Below the pieces are notes generated by a model. The model was not told where the DNA came from. It was given only the letters and a program-made list of their open reading frames with translations, and did not search any database. From an uncultured candidate division Zixibacteria bacterium (GTDB lineage: Bacteria; Zixibacteria; MSB-5A5; GN15; PGXB01), in the NCBI GenBank assembly GCA_963702205.1, contig OY969724.1, positions 1,120,001 through 1,184,000 of the forward strand: a DNA stretch of 64,000 nucleotides. The letters run 5' to 3'. Within the stretch, counting starts at the first letter, position 1, and every line of letters starts with the position of its first letter. Shown here in pieces: positions 20,897 through 29,676 of the stretch. The translations under genes and the position numbers were made by a program.

Positions 20897-22072
20897 TTGA
20901 CGCTCGATTATAAAAGTATTCAGGAATATCTAAAGCAGGAAAAAATCGACGGCTGGCTGCTGTACGATTTCCACGGAAAGAACGACGTCGCGGTCGAGAT
21001 GCTGAACCTTCCCGGTCACATCACCCGCCGCTCGTTCTTTTTCATTCCAGCCCAGGGCGATCCGGTCGGGCTGGTCAGCCACATCGAAAAGGACCGCTTC
21101 GGACATCTTGGTGCGGAGCTCGAGATCTATGCATCATACAGACAGATGGAAGAAAAACTCGCCGCGATCCTTAAGGGCTGCAAGAAAGTCGCGATGGAAT
21201 ACGCCCCCAGCGGACGACTCCCGTATATCGGGCTGGTTGACGCCGGGACTATCGAGATGGTCCGCTCGTTCGGGGCCGAGATTGTATCCTCAGCCGATAT
21301 CGTCTCGCACTTCAACGCCCGCATGACCGAAGAGCAGGTCGACCTCCACCGCCGCGCGGCCTTCATGATTAACGGCATCAAGGACGACGCCTTCCGCCTG
21401 ATCCGCGACGCTCTCAACGAGGGTAATTTCATCAACGAAAAAATGGTCGTTTATTTTATCAAGCGGCGGTTCGAAGAAGAAAACCTCACAACCGATTTCC
21501 CGCCGATTTGTGCCGTCAATGCCAATATCTGTAATCCGCACTATGAGCCGACCGAGGGCAATTCCTCGCCGATTCGCAAAGATTCGCTGATTTTGATCGA
21601 CCTCTGGGCCAAGTATAAGATTCACAAGGCCGTCTTCGCCGATATAACCTGGATGGCCTACGCCGGTGAGTCGGTGCCGGACACTTACGGCGACATTTTT
21701 TCTGTTGTCACCAATGCCCGCGATGCCGCCTTCAACTTTTTAAAAGAAAAATTCCCGTCGGAGCAGGTCTTTGGCTACGAAGTCGACGACGTCTGTCGCG
21801 CGGTGATAGACCGCGCCGGTTACGGCGAGAATTTCTTCCACCGCACCGGGCACTCGATATTGGAAAACGTCCACGGGCCGGGGCCGAATATCGACAACCG
21901 CGAAACCGAGGACCGTCGTCGGCTTCTGTCCAGACACCTGTTTTCGCTGGAACCGGGTATATATCTCGACAAATTCGGATTCCGCTCCGAAGTCGACTGC
22001 CTGTTGACCGACCTCGGACCGGAGATCACAACCCAGCCGATGCAAAAAGAAATTATACCGTTGATGGTTTGA
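20897..22072 (+). CDS. M24 family (Xaa-Pro) aminopeptidase
   Basis: NPHYEP, LIDLWAK, ADITWM, HRTGHSI, FSLEPGIY, GFRSEVD metal-ligand motifs. Confidence 0.9.
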   Translation: MTLDYKSIQEYLKQEKIDGWLLYDFHGKNDVAVEMLNLPGHITRRSFFFIPAQGDPVGLVSHIEKDRFGHLGAELEIYASYRQMEEKLAAILKGCKKVAMEYAPSGRLPYIGLVDAGTIEMVRSFGAEIVSSADIVSHFNARMTEEQVDLHRRAAFMINGIKDDAFRLIRDALNEGNFINEKMVVYFIKRRFEEENLTTDFPPICAVNANICNPHYEPTEGNSSPIRKDSLILIDLWAKYKIHKAVFADITWMAYAGESVPDTYGDIFSVVTNARDAAFNFLKEKFPSEQVFGYEVDDVCRAVIDRAGYGENFFHRTGHSILENVHGPGPNIDNRETEDRRRLLSRHLFSLEPGIYLDKFGFRSEVDCLLTDLGPEITTQPMQKEIIPLMV

Positions 22073-22073
22073 T

Positions 22074-22625
22074 ATGTATTTTACTCCCCGCATGATCCAG
22101 TTGGTCGCCGATAAGTACGGCTACCCGCCGGTCATCAATATGGACGCGCCGGTCGATCAGGAGGAGTACGATTTTATCAGGTCGACACAGACGTTCGGTC
22201 GGTGTCACGATGTCACGCTCTACATTTTCAAAGACAATAAAATCATAGTCAACGCCAAGCATCACTATCCCAAGGGATTGTATCGGGCGCCGTCGGGCGG
22301 ACTAAAGCCCGGCGAGGAGTTTATTGACGGGGTCTATCGCGAGGCTTATGAAGAAACCGGGTGTAAGATCAAGCTGAACCGCTATATTCTGCAGGTCAAC
22401 GTCGCGTTTTCGTGCGGGAAGAGATATATCCCGTGGAAGTCGCACGTCTTCACTGCGGAATATGTATCCGGTAAGATTAAGCCGGTTGACATCCGCGAAA
22501 TAAGAGAGACGCGTCTGGCTGATCTGGCCGATTTCGATGAGTACAAGCGGATAATCATGACTATGGATTCCGGCGGCCTGCACTACCGCGCCCGCCTGCA
22601 CGACGAGGTGCTGAAGTTTTTGTAG
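22074..22625 (+). CDS. NUDIX hydrolase
   Basis: Nudix box GGLKPGEEFIDGVYREAYEETG. Confidence 0.88.
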   Translation: MYFTPRMIQLVADKYGYPPVINMDAPVDQEEYDFIRSTQTFGRCHDVTLYIFKDNKIIVNAKHHYPKGLYRAPSGGLKPGEEFIDGVYREAYEETGCKIKLNRYILQVNVAFSCGKRYIPWKSHVFTAEYVSGKIKPVDIREIRETRLADLADFDEYKRIIMTMDSGGLHYRARLHDEVLKFL

Positions 22626-22663
22626 ATAGTTATGAATATAATAGAGTGAGTAGGAAAGTATCG

Positions 22664-22760
22664 GTTAATGTCATACCCGCGTACGCGGGTATCCAGAATC
22701 GGGTCGCCCACGGCTTGCCGAAGGCTCTGAACGAAGTGAAGAGCGGCGTGACATCTTAAC
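22664..22760. repeat. Composite palindromic repeat (TGTCATACCCGCG family plus GGTCGCCCAC family)
   Basis: GTTAATGTCATACCCGCG identical to 48721-48738; hairpin TACCCGCGTACGCGGGTA; GGTCGCCCACGGCTTGCCG shared with 23431 and 23606. Confidence 0.7.
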
Positions 22761-22785
22761 TGAAAATGGGAGCTACAGAATAAAT

Positions 22786-23397
22786 ATGTCGAGATTGCAT
22801 TCGATAATTAAGTATTCCACATTAATAATATTGCTGCTGCTTGTTTCTTGCTCTTCTAATGATAATTACATTGAATTAAGTTCTATGGATGGTGGTCAGC
22901 ATATATCTCTTAAGGCAAGGAAGGCGCTAATTCTTCAGAATACAATTATTGATACTGCTTTGTTGAACGATATGATGACAAAACGTGATTACTCCGACAA
23001 TAAGTTCCAATCCATTATCGATTCTTCAGACGATAGTAGCAATTTTGTCTTTAAAATAGACAAGTATTATCAGGAGAAGGAAGACGAATCGTTTATAACA
23101 ATTATTGGCCAACTGCACGAGCACAAACTCGTAAGTCTCTATTATTTTGGAGCTGGACAACGCTTTGATTATTTCCAGTTAAATAATGATTATATTGAAA
23201 TAAAGAATCAAAAAGGTCAATTGTATTTATACATATACGCATCACTGAAATCGGTCGGCTTTTCACTGTCATCATACATACAATTTCCATATAATGACGC
23301 CGGTGGGTATTCAAATGTAGTTCGATATTTAAATATAAAAACAAAAATGGATGTATCTGATACTGGTGTACCGAAGTATTTTGTGCAAGAAAAATAG
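22786..23397 (+). CDS. AT-rich orphan lipoprotein
   Basis: 203-aa ORF, lipobox LLVSC, visibly much lower GC than flanking genes. Confidence 0.7.
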   Translation: MSRLHSIIKYSTLIILLLLVSCSSNDNYIELSSMDGGQHISLKARKALILQNTIIDTALLNDMMTKRDYSDNKFQSIIDSSDDSSNFVFKIDKYYQEKEDESFITIIGQLHEHKLVSLYYFGAGQRFDYFQLNNDYIEIKNQKGQLYLYIYASLKSVGFSLSSYIQFPYNDAGGYSNVVRYLNIKTKMDVSDTGVPKYFVQEK

Positions 23398-23402
23398 CCA
23401 TA

Positions 23403-23713
23403 GTAGGTCAGGAGCCGTGCCGAAGGGTTTGGTCGCCCACGGCTTGCCGTGGGTCTGGGTGCCCCGACATTCTATGTCGGGTTTCCTGATTGCGACGTAA
23501 CACATTACTATGTGGGGCAAAACATGAAATCATCTTTGAAAATCGCGAGCCGGACAATAATTCTTATATTCCTTTCATTTCTTTGTTCATCTCAAATCAT
23601 GGGCGGGTCGCCCACGGCTTGCCGTGGGTCTGGGTGGCCCACCCTTTAGGGTGGGTTTCTGAAAGTCCGGGGAGTAGTGCATAAAAGATGTCGAAACCAC
23701 AGGTTTGACATAC
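23403..23713. repeat. Cluster of palindromic repeats with a 31-bp exact direct repeat
   Basis: GGTCGCCCACGGCTTGCCGTGGGTCTGGGTG at 23431-23461 and 23606-23636; hairpins CCCGACATTCTATGTCGGG (also near 25345) and CCCACCCTTTAGGGTGGG; GTAG/GTAT-type ends near 23403 and 23710. Confidence 0.75.
23524..23604 (+). pseudogene. Truncated gene remnant encoding only a signal-peptide-like N-terminus
   Basis: MKSSLKIASRTIILIFLSFLCSSQIMG, AT-rich, runs directly into the repeat copy at 23605. Confidence 0.4.
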
Positions 23714-23718
23714 AAGAC

Positions 23719-24997
23719 TTATTTATCTTCGGCCACATATTTACCGTCCCTGTCAAACCGGACTTCATCACCCTTTTTCAAATGATGCCCACCGATATCG
23801 AAATCCCCCGATAAAGTGCAAAAACGCAGTCGGCCATTCTCATAGAAATCGGTATGGTCACCACCGCCGAACAAAAACGACATGAAGCGGAATTTGGCGC
23901 ATGGAACGCATTGTATTATTTCATCACGGGCCAGCCAAGCCGTCTTTAATTGGCCATTATTATAAAAGCCGGTCATAAATCCGTGTCCGGAGCCTCGGCA
24001 CGAATGGCCCTGGATAAGGGTATTTTGCTGGAGGAAGCACCAGTCCATATATCCCTCGGGTGTCAAATGTACCGATAGTACCCGTCGGCAGCGGCTGCCC
24101 CGAAAGGGTGTCCTCTTGTCCCAATCGGCACGATGCCAGGTGGCCGTCCTCGTAATATTCGACCGGCCCCGCACAAGAAATACCCTGTATCTCCATAATT
24201 TGATCTGGCGGCGCCGCCAGCGTTTGTGTCGTCAGTTCCTGATCACGACCGCCGAAGACCAAAAGCAAAATGAAGATAATGGTCACTCCCGCGCCCAATC
24301 CTCCGAAAACGGCCGCCCTTAATCGTGGAGACACATCCTCTTCTCGACGGCCGCTTCCGAGAAACAAACACACCGAGGCCGTCACCAGCGGCACAACGAA
24401 AAATAACCACAAGGCGGTGTTGATCCCTTTGAAGTCATAAAGCCCAAACGCCAGAATCACAGCGATGACGACGGCCATTATCACGATGGCCGTCACCCTG
24501 GGTAATTTACCGGCCAGCTGTCCCATACCGATAAACGCGCCGCCTATCGCAAGGCCCGCGATCGAGGCGACCGAGAGCCCGCTTTCGGCGACAATGAACA
24601 GGGCGATGAACAACCCCACGGCACTAATTATAATGCGTCCTGCCTTTCTGTACTCACCAATCATGACGAGTCCGGAAATGGCCTTGGCCGCCAGCCCTAT
24701 GAAGATTAGTTCGTACAGCTCGTCAGGAGATTGCCCTCTGGAAATGCGCCACATTGCCAGGCCGACCGCCGCAAGTATGACAACCATGAATCCCAGGTTG
24801 CCGGACCGCGAGTGTATTGAAAGTTGTCGCTCATCGGCATACTGCCGGGCCAGCCCGAACTCATGAAGAGCAGGACGAAGAAGGTATGCCGCAACCAAAA
24901 ACAACAGCGCAAAATTATAGCCCAGCACGAACAGGGCGATTCCGGCAACAGACAGCCCGCATGCAAAGTAGAAGATCTTATCCCGCTTGATCATCAT
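23719..24997 (-). CDS. Multi-TM membrane protein (DUF2178-like DER motif) with C-terminal MORN/YwqK-like beta repeats; one frameshift near 24069-24074
   Basis: YADERQLSIHSRSG, about 8 TM helices; removing one base joins ...LPTGTI to VHLTPEGYMDWCFL; repeats YYEDGHLASC, FYNNGQLKTA, FYENGRLRFC. Confidence 0.7.
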
Positions 24998-25196
24998 CGC
25001 ATATCTCCAGTTCAAAGAGTTCTTCGACTTTGGTTTCGAGCCTCCGGGCCAGAAGCAAAGCAAGTTTCACGGATGGGCTGTAATTGCCGCGTTCAATGGC
25101 AATAATGGTCTGGCGCGATACCGAGACCATGTCGGCGAGCTGTTGCTGGCTCAGTTCTCCGCGTTCAAATCGGAATTTTCTTAAATTCGTTTTCAT
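24978..25196 (-). CDS. Cro/C1-type (XRE) HTH transcriptional regulator
   Basis: MKTNLRKFR...LSQQQLADMVSVSRQTIIAIERGNYSPSVKLALLLA...VEELF. Confidence 0.92.
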   Translation of the reverse strand: MKTNLRKFRFERGELSQQQLADMVSVSRQTIIAIERGNYSPSVKLALLLARRLETKVEELFELEICDDDQAG

Positions 25197-25231
25197 ATAT
25201 ATTGCCAAATCAATTCAAACTGCCTAAAATC

Positions 25232-25274
25232 ACTGTAAAGTATAATCGACATAATGTCAAGTATAATATACATA
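25232..25274 (-). promoter_or_regulatory. Sigma70 promoter with overlapping tandem operators for the XRE gene
   Basis: Minus strand TTGACA (25260-25255)-17 bp-TACAGT (25237-25232); imperfect palindromes TGTAAAGTATAATCGACA and TGTCAAGTATAATATACA starting 21 bp apart. Confidence 0.7.
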
Positions 25275-25645
25275 AAATCTAATAAATTCCTGTTTCTCGG
25301 GGCTTGTTGAATAAGGCAACGTTCATGTTCGGTCGCCGGGATACCCCGACATTCTATGTCGGGTTTCTTAAAACATGGTCATTTAATTTCATTTTCACTA
25401 CCAAACTGATGTTCTATCAGATCATACCGCTATTATGAATGTCATAATTTTGCCCCGGAAAATTCCGGCAGAAAAAGTGAAAGAAATAATATTTTCAAAT
25501 TCGAACCCATTTTTGTCTAAACAATATTGTGTCATGGCCTTGCGGGCAATAATGGACTAGTGTGCTCCACAACAAATAAATCCCGGCTGCATGCGAAACC
25601 GATTGAATACCGGTTCGTTTAAACCAGTATAGGGGATAGTCGTCG

Positions 25646-25676
25646 CCCGGCGGATGCTCGCATTCGCCGGGTCTAC
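25646..25676 (-). repeat. GTAG-type REP-like hairpin
   Basis: Minus strand GTAGA-CCCGGCGAATGCGAGCATCCGCCGGG. Confidence 0.5.
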
Positions 25677-25703
25677 GCGAAACCTAAAATAGCCCGATTT
25701 CTC

Positions 25704-25731
25704 TTGACGGACCGGAGAATTTGGCTATATT
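25704..25731 (+). promoter_or_regulatory. Putative sigma70 promoter of the rpmH operon
   Basis: TTGACG-16 bp-TATATT about 40 bp upstream of the rpmH ATG. Confidence 0.5.
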
Positions 25732-25768
25732 AGCAGATTCAATATTTAGGACATAAGGTTAGAAAGTA

Positions 25769-25921
25769 ATGAAACGGACATATCAGCCATCGAATCGTAA
25801 AAGGCTCAACGATCACGGTTTCCGGAAACGCCGGTCGACACGCAATGGCCTCAAAGTTCTGGCCAACCGGCGCGCTAAGGGCAGAAAAAGAGTGACCGTT
25901 ACGGTCAAAAAGAAAAAATAG
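25769..25921 (+). CDS. rpmH: 50S ribosomal protein L34
   Basis: Translated by hand (below the ORF-track cutoff): [50 protein letters not shown]. Confidence 0.97.
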   Translation: MKRTYQPSNRKRLNDHGFRKRRSTRNGLKVLANRRAKGRKRVTVTVKKKK

Positions 25922-25922
25922 C

Positions 25923-26270
25923 TTGCCCCGCCACAGCCTTAAAAGCAAAAAAATGATCTCGCAGATACTCAAATCCGCAAACAAGTATCAGGCGGACAAT
26001 CTTGCTTTGTACTGTCAACCCCGCCCCGACGCCTCGCCCGACAGCTATGCCGCCGCTTTCCTGGTGGCCCGCGCCGCGGGGACGGCCGTAACGCGCAACC
26101 GCATCCGCCGCTGGCTGCGCGAGGATCTGCGACATCTTCAGGCGGATAACCCCAGAAGCGGGGATTTTGTTGTAAGATTTTTTGGTTCTGCGCAGGACAC
26201 CGACCACACCGGTTTGGGCCGGACGCTGGACCATTTGTATTCGCAAATCGGACAGGATGTCATACAATAA
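25923..26270 (+). CDS. rnpA: Ribonuclease P protein component
   Basis: AVTRNRIRRWLRE RNR motif; position between rpmH and yidD. Confidence 0.88.
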   Translation: MPRHSLKSKKMISQILKSANKYQADNLALYCQPRPDASPDSYAAAFLVARAAGTAVTRNRIRRWLREDLRHLQADNPRSGDFVVRFFGSAQDTDHTGLGRTLDHLYSQIGQDVIQ

Positions 26271-26508
26271 TATATCCATATTCAGTTATCCTTTTATCCT
26301 GCTGATAAAGATTTATCGGTACACCCTGTCGCCGTTGATCGGCGGCAACTGCCGCTACTACCCCACCTGCTCGCACTATTCCGAGGAGGCGTTTAAAAAG
26401 CACGGGGCGTGGACCGGTTTGATTTTAACGGTCAAAAGGATTTTGAGATGTCATCCATGGCACGAGGGCGGCTACGACCCGGTGCCGGAGAAGGGAATGG
26501 AGGGCTGA
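26257..26508 (+). CDS. yidD: Membrane protein insertion efficiency factor
   Basis: YRYTLSPLIGGNCRYYPTCSHY...RILRCHPWHEGGYDPVP. Confidence 0.95.
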   Translation: MSYNNISIFSYPFILLIKIYRYTLSPLIGGNCRYYPTCSHYSEEAFKKHGAWTGLILTVKRILRCHPWHEGGYDPVPEKGMEG

Positions 26509-26509
26509 C

Positions 26510-28267
26510 GTGAGCAACGGTAAAACGGGGATGGATTCAAAGACAATTGTTTTGATTATTGCGCTGGGCGCGCTCGTGATTTTCTGGGTACCGATTATGA
26601 CCCAGCTTGGGTTCATTCAACCGCCTGCGGAACAGCCCGAACAACAGGAAATGGCGGAGCCCACCGATACGGCCACTGTCCAGGAACGTCCGCTCAATGT
26701 TTCGCAGCAAAACCCGGCGCCGACCGGAAGCACAACAACTACCCGAACCCAACCGCAAATGACTGCGGGCGATACGACTACAATGGCGGAAAGGCCGCCC
26801 GAGGATACCGTCCTAGTCAAAACCAATGTCTGGGAGATAGCTTTCAGCAATTACGGCGGCGGACCGGTTTCGTTCAAGCTGCTTAATTATAAATACAGCG
26901 GCGACGGCCCAATACAGATGCTCCCCGAATGCATCATGGCTACGCCGGAATTTTCGTTCAATAACGGTGCTTTCGTAGATAAAAATGTCGTCTATACGAC
27001 CAATCAAGATCGCCATAGCTATGACGTTACGTCGTCCGAGCAGGAACTGGTATACACCTATGCCGGCCCATCGGGCGGGACCATAACCAAGCGCTATCGC
27101 TTTTATCCTGACCGCTATGATTACGATCTGATCCTTGAAATTTCCGACCGGGCAGCCCTCGGTTTCGAGCGCGAGTATTCCATTAATTGGGATAACAAAT
27201 TGATGCCCACCGAGTTAAATATCTCCGATGATTATACGCAAATGTGGGCGATGGCCTATCAAAACGGTGTCCGGGTGAAAATCGACAGTTATGATAACAA
27301 CCAATATAATGTCAGCTATCAGGGGGTGACCAACTGGATCGCGACCAGATCGAAATACTTCACGGCCATTCTTATGCCGCGCTCCAAAGACGGTATCGAG
27401 GCGCATTCCAGCGGGGTCAAATACAAAGCCCAGACTACCCAGGGCTCGGCCGAGGTTCGAGAGATTACGGTCGGAATAAATATGCCGATCGAATACGACC
27501 CGACCGTCACCGACAGCTTTTCGGTTTATGTCGGGCCGATGGATTATGATAAGCTCAATGCCTACAATGACCAGGTGGTCGATCTGATCGATATTGGAAC
27601 CACGCCGTTCGTGGGGTGGATCATCAAAATTTTCGCGGTGCCGATCTTATGGCTGCTGCCTCGCATGTATAATTATATCCCCAACTACGGTGTCGTTATA
27701 ATAATCTTCTCGCTTCTGGTCAAAGTTATCACCTTCCCCCTGACAAAGAAGACTCTTAAGTCGATGATCGGGATGAAGAAGATCCAGCCGAAGCTGGAGG
27801 AACTCAAGATTAAGCATAAAAATAACCCGCAGGCGCTCAACCGCGAGATGATGAAGCTCTATAAAGAGATGGGTATCAACCCGCTTTCGGGCTGCCTGCC
27901 GATGCTCCCGCAGATGCCGCTGTTTTTCGCCCTGTTTGCTGTTTTCCGGTCGACCATTCTTTTGCGCCAGGCGCCGTTCGTATTCTGGATTAACGACCTC
28001 TCGCGCGGGGCTTTGTCGCTGACCGACCCGTATATGATTCTGGTGGCGCTCATGGTCGGCCTCATGTTTCTGCAGCAGAAAACCGGTATGACCGACCCGA
28101 AGAACAAAGCGCTGACCTATATCTTCCCGTTCATGCTCGGGTTTTTCTTCTACAAGGCCTCGGCCGGATTGGTGCTATACTGGACCTGCTTTTCCCTGTT
28201 TTCGTTCATAGAACAGGTCGCTTTCAAACGCCCAATGATGCAGAAGGCGGACGACGAAGTCCAATGA
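26510..28267 (+). CDS. yidC: Membrane protein insertase
   Basis: NYGVVIIIFSLLVK, MKKIQPKL, LYKEMGINPLSGCLPMLPQMP, WINDLS, GLVLYW. Confidence 0.95.
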   Translation: MSNGKTGMDSKTIVLIIALGALVIFWVPIMTQLGFIQPPAEQPEQQEMAEPTDTATVQERPLNVSQQNPAPTGSTTTTRTQPQMTAGDTTTMAERPPEDTVLVKTNVWEIAFSNYGGGPVSFKLLNYKYSGDGPIQMLPECIMATPEFSFNNGAFVDKNVVYTTNQDRHSYDVTSSEQELVYTYAGPSGGTITKRYRFYPDRYDYDLILEISDRAALGFEREYSINWDNKLMPTELNISDDYTQMWAMAYQNGVRVKIDSYDNNQYNVSYQGVTNWIATRSKYFTAILMPRSKDGIEAHSSGVKYKAQTTQGSAEVREITVGINMPIEYDPTVTDSFSVYVGPMDYDKLNAYNDQVVDLIDIGTTPFVGWIIKIFAVPILWLLPRMYNYIPNYGVVIIIFSLLVKVITFPLTKKTLKSMIGMKKIQPKLEELKIKHKNNPQALNREMMKLYKEMGINPLSGCLPMLPQMPLFFALFAVFRSTILLRQAPFVFWINDLSRGALSLTDPYMILVALMVGLMFLQQKTGMTDPKNKALTYIFPFMLGFFFYKASAGLVLYWTCFSLFSFIEQVAFKRPMMQKADDEVQ

Positions 28268-28270
28268 GCC

Positions 28271-29674
28271 ATGAATGCGCACACTCAAGATTTCTATCGC
28301 GAGACTACCGCGGCTATTGTCACGCCGCCCGGTGAGGGCGGCCTCGGTGCGATTCGTATCGCCGGCTCTGACTCCGAAAACATTCTAAATAAAATTTTCA
28401 AACCCGCTCACGAACCCGACTCGAAGGCGGGATATTTTATTCTCAGATACGGTTATATTGTTGACGGACAAGAAAATACAATAGACGAAGTGACCGCGGT
28501 CCTGATGCCTTCGGGACGCTCATACACCGGTCAGGAGCAGGCAGAAATTTTCTGCCACGGCGGCCAGTTTGTGCTTAAGAGAATCCTGAAAGAAATTGTC
28601 GCTCATGGAGCCCGTATGGCCGAACCCGGTGAATTTACACGCCGGGCGTTTCTGGCCGGACGAATCGACCTGGCCAGAGCCGAGGCCGTCGCTGATTTAA
28701 TCGCCGCCAAAACGGCTTTTTCATATGAGTCTGCCAAGAACAATTTAATCGGTGCCATGTCTGAAAAGATACACGCTCTGCGCGAGCAGCTCGTGAATAT
28801 CCTGGCCGAGATTGAAGCCGCAGTCGATTACCCGGAAGAAGAAATCGAGACCGCCGACCGGGGCAAGATGATTGCTTCCATTGAAAATATAATTGCTCGA
28901 ATCGGCGAACTGGCCGCAAGCTATCGCTCGGGCAGAATAATAAAAGAGGGCTTTCGCATCGCCGTCGCCGGGCGGCCCAATGCCGGGAAGTCTTCTCTGT
29001 TCAACATCCTGCTCAATCAAAACCGGGCTATTGTCGCACCGGTACCGGGGACAACCCGCGACTATCTGACCGAATGGATCGACCTTGAGGGCGTCGCGGT
29101 CTCGTTGACCGATACCGCCGGGCTGAGATCGTCGCGAGGGGCGATCGAAAAATCTGGTCAGGAATCGGCCATGCAGATTATGAAAGACGCCGATCTGATT
29201 GTCTGGACAGCCGATACCTCGCGCAAGAATTTCTCTGATGAAATCGAAACCGATTTAAAGAAACTCGATTCATTTCCATCAGTAAAAATCGTATTCAACA
29301 AGATAGATAAGCTTTCGCTCGAACGTCTTAAGGCGGTCAAGATGATGGCGCGGGGCTATTCGGCGGTTGCGATATCGTGCAAGACCGACGAGGGGTTAGA
29401 TAACCTCCGCAGCAAACTGGTGGCTCGCGTCACCGGAGGCCTTCCGGATTTGACCGATGGCTTGGTGGTCACATCGGAGCGCCACAAACAAAAACTCGAC
29501 CTAGCGCTGGAGGCATTAAAACAGGCCGAGTCCGAAATCAAGCAGAACCAGAGTCCGGAAATAATTGCTTTCAATATTCGTCAGGGCATAAATGAAATTG
29601 ACGAAATTTCCGGCCGTATATATAATGAAGAGATTCTTGACCGTATATTTTCAAGGTTTTGTATCGGGAAGTAA
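28271..29674 (+). CDS. mnmE: tRNA modification GTPase
   Basis: SYTG...EIFCHGG, AEPGEFTRRAF, GRPNAGKSS, PGTTRD, DTAG, NKID, IFSRFCIGK. Confidence 0.96.
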   Translation: MNAHTQDFYRETTAAIVTPPGEGGLGAIRIAGSDSENILNKIFKPAHEPDSKAGYFILRYGYIVDGQENTIDEVTAVLMPSGRSYTGQEQAEIFCHGGQFVLKRILKEIVAHGARMAEPGEFTRRAFLAGRIDLARAEAVADLIAAKTAFSYESAKNNLIGAMSEKIHALREQLVNILAEIEAAVDYPEEEIETADRGKMIASIENIIARIGELAASYRSGRIIKEGFRIAVAGRPNAGKSSLFNILLNQNRAIVAPVPGTTRDYLTEWIDLEGVAVSLTDTAGLRSSRGAIEKSGQESAMQIMKDADLIVWTADTSRKNFSDEIETDLKKLDSFPSVKIVFNKIDKLSLERLKAVKMMARGYSAVAISCKTDEGLDNLRSKLVARVTGGLPDLTDGLVVTSERHKQKLDLALEALKQAESEIKQNQSPEIIAFNIRQGINEIDEISGRIYNEEILDRIFSRFCIGK

Positions 29675-29676
29675 AA

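Noticed and set aside
22702..23636. CRISPR array or integron attC array
   Set aside because: Only three repeat copies with intervals of 729 and 175 bp, no cas or intI gene, and no RYYYAAC/GTTRRRY boxes at the gene ends
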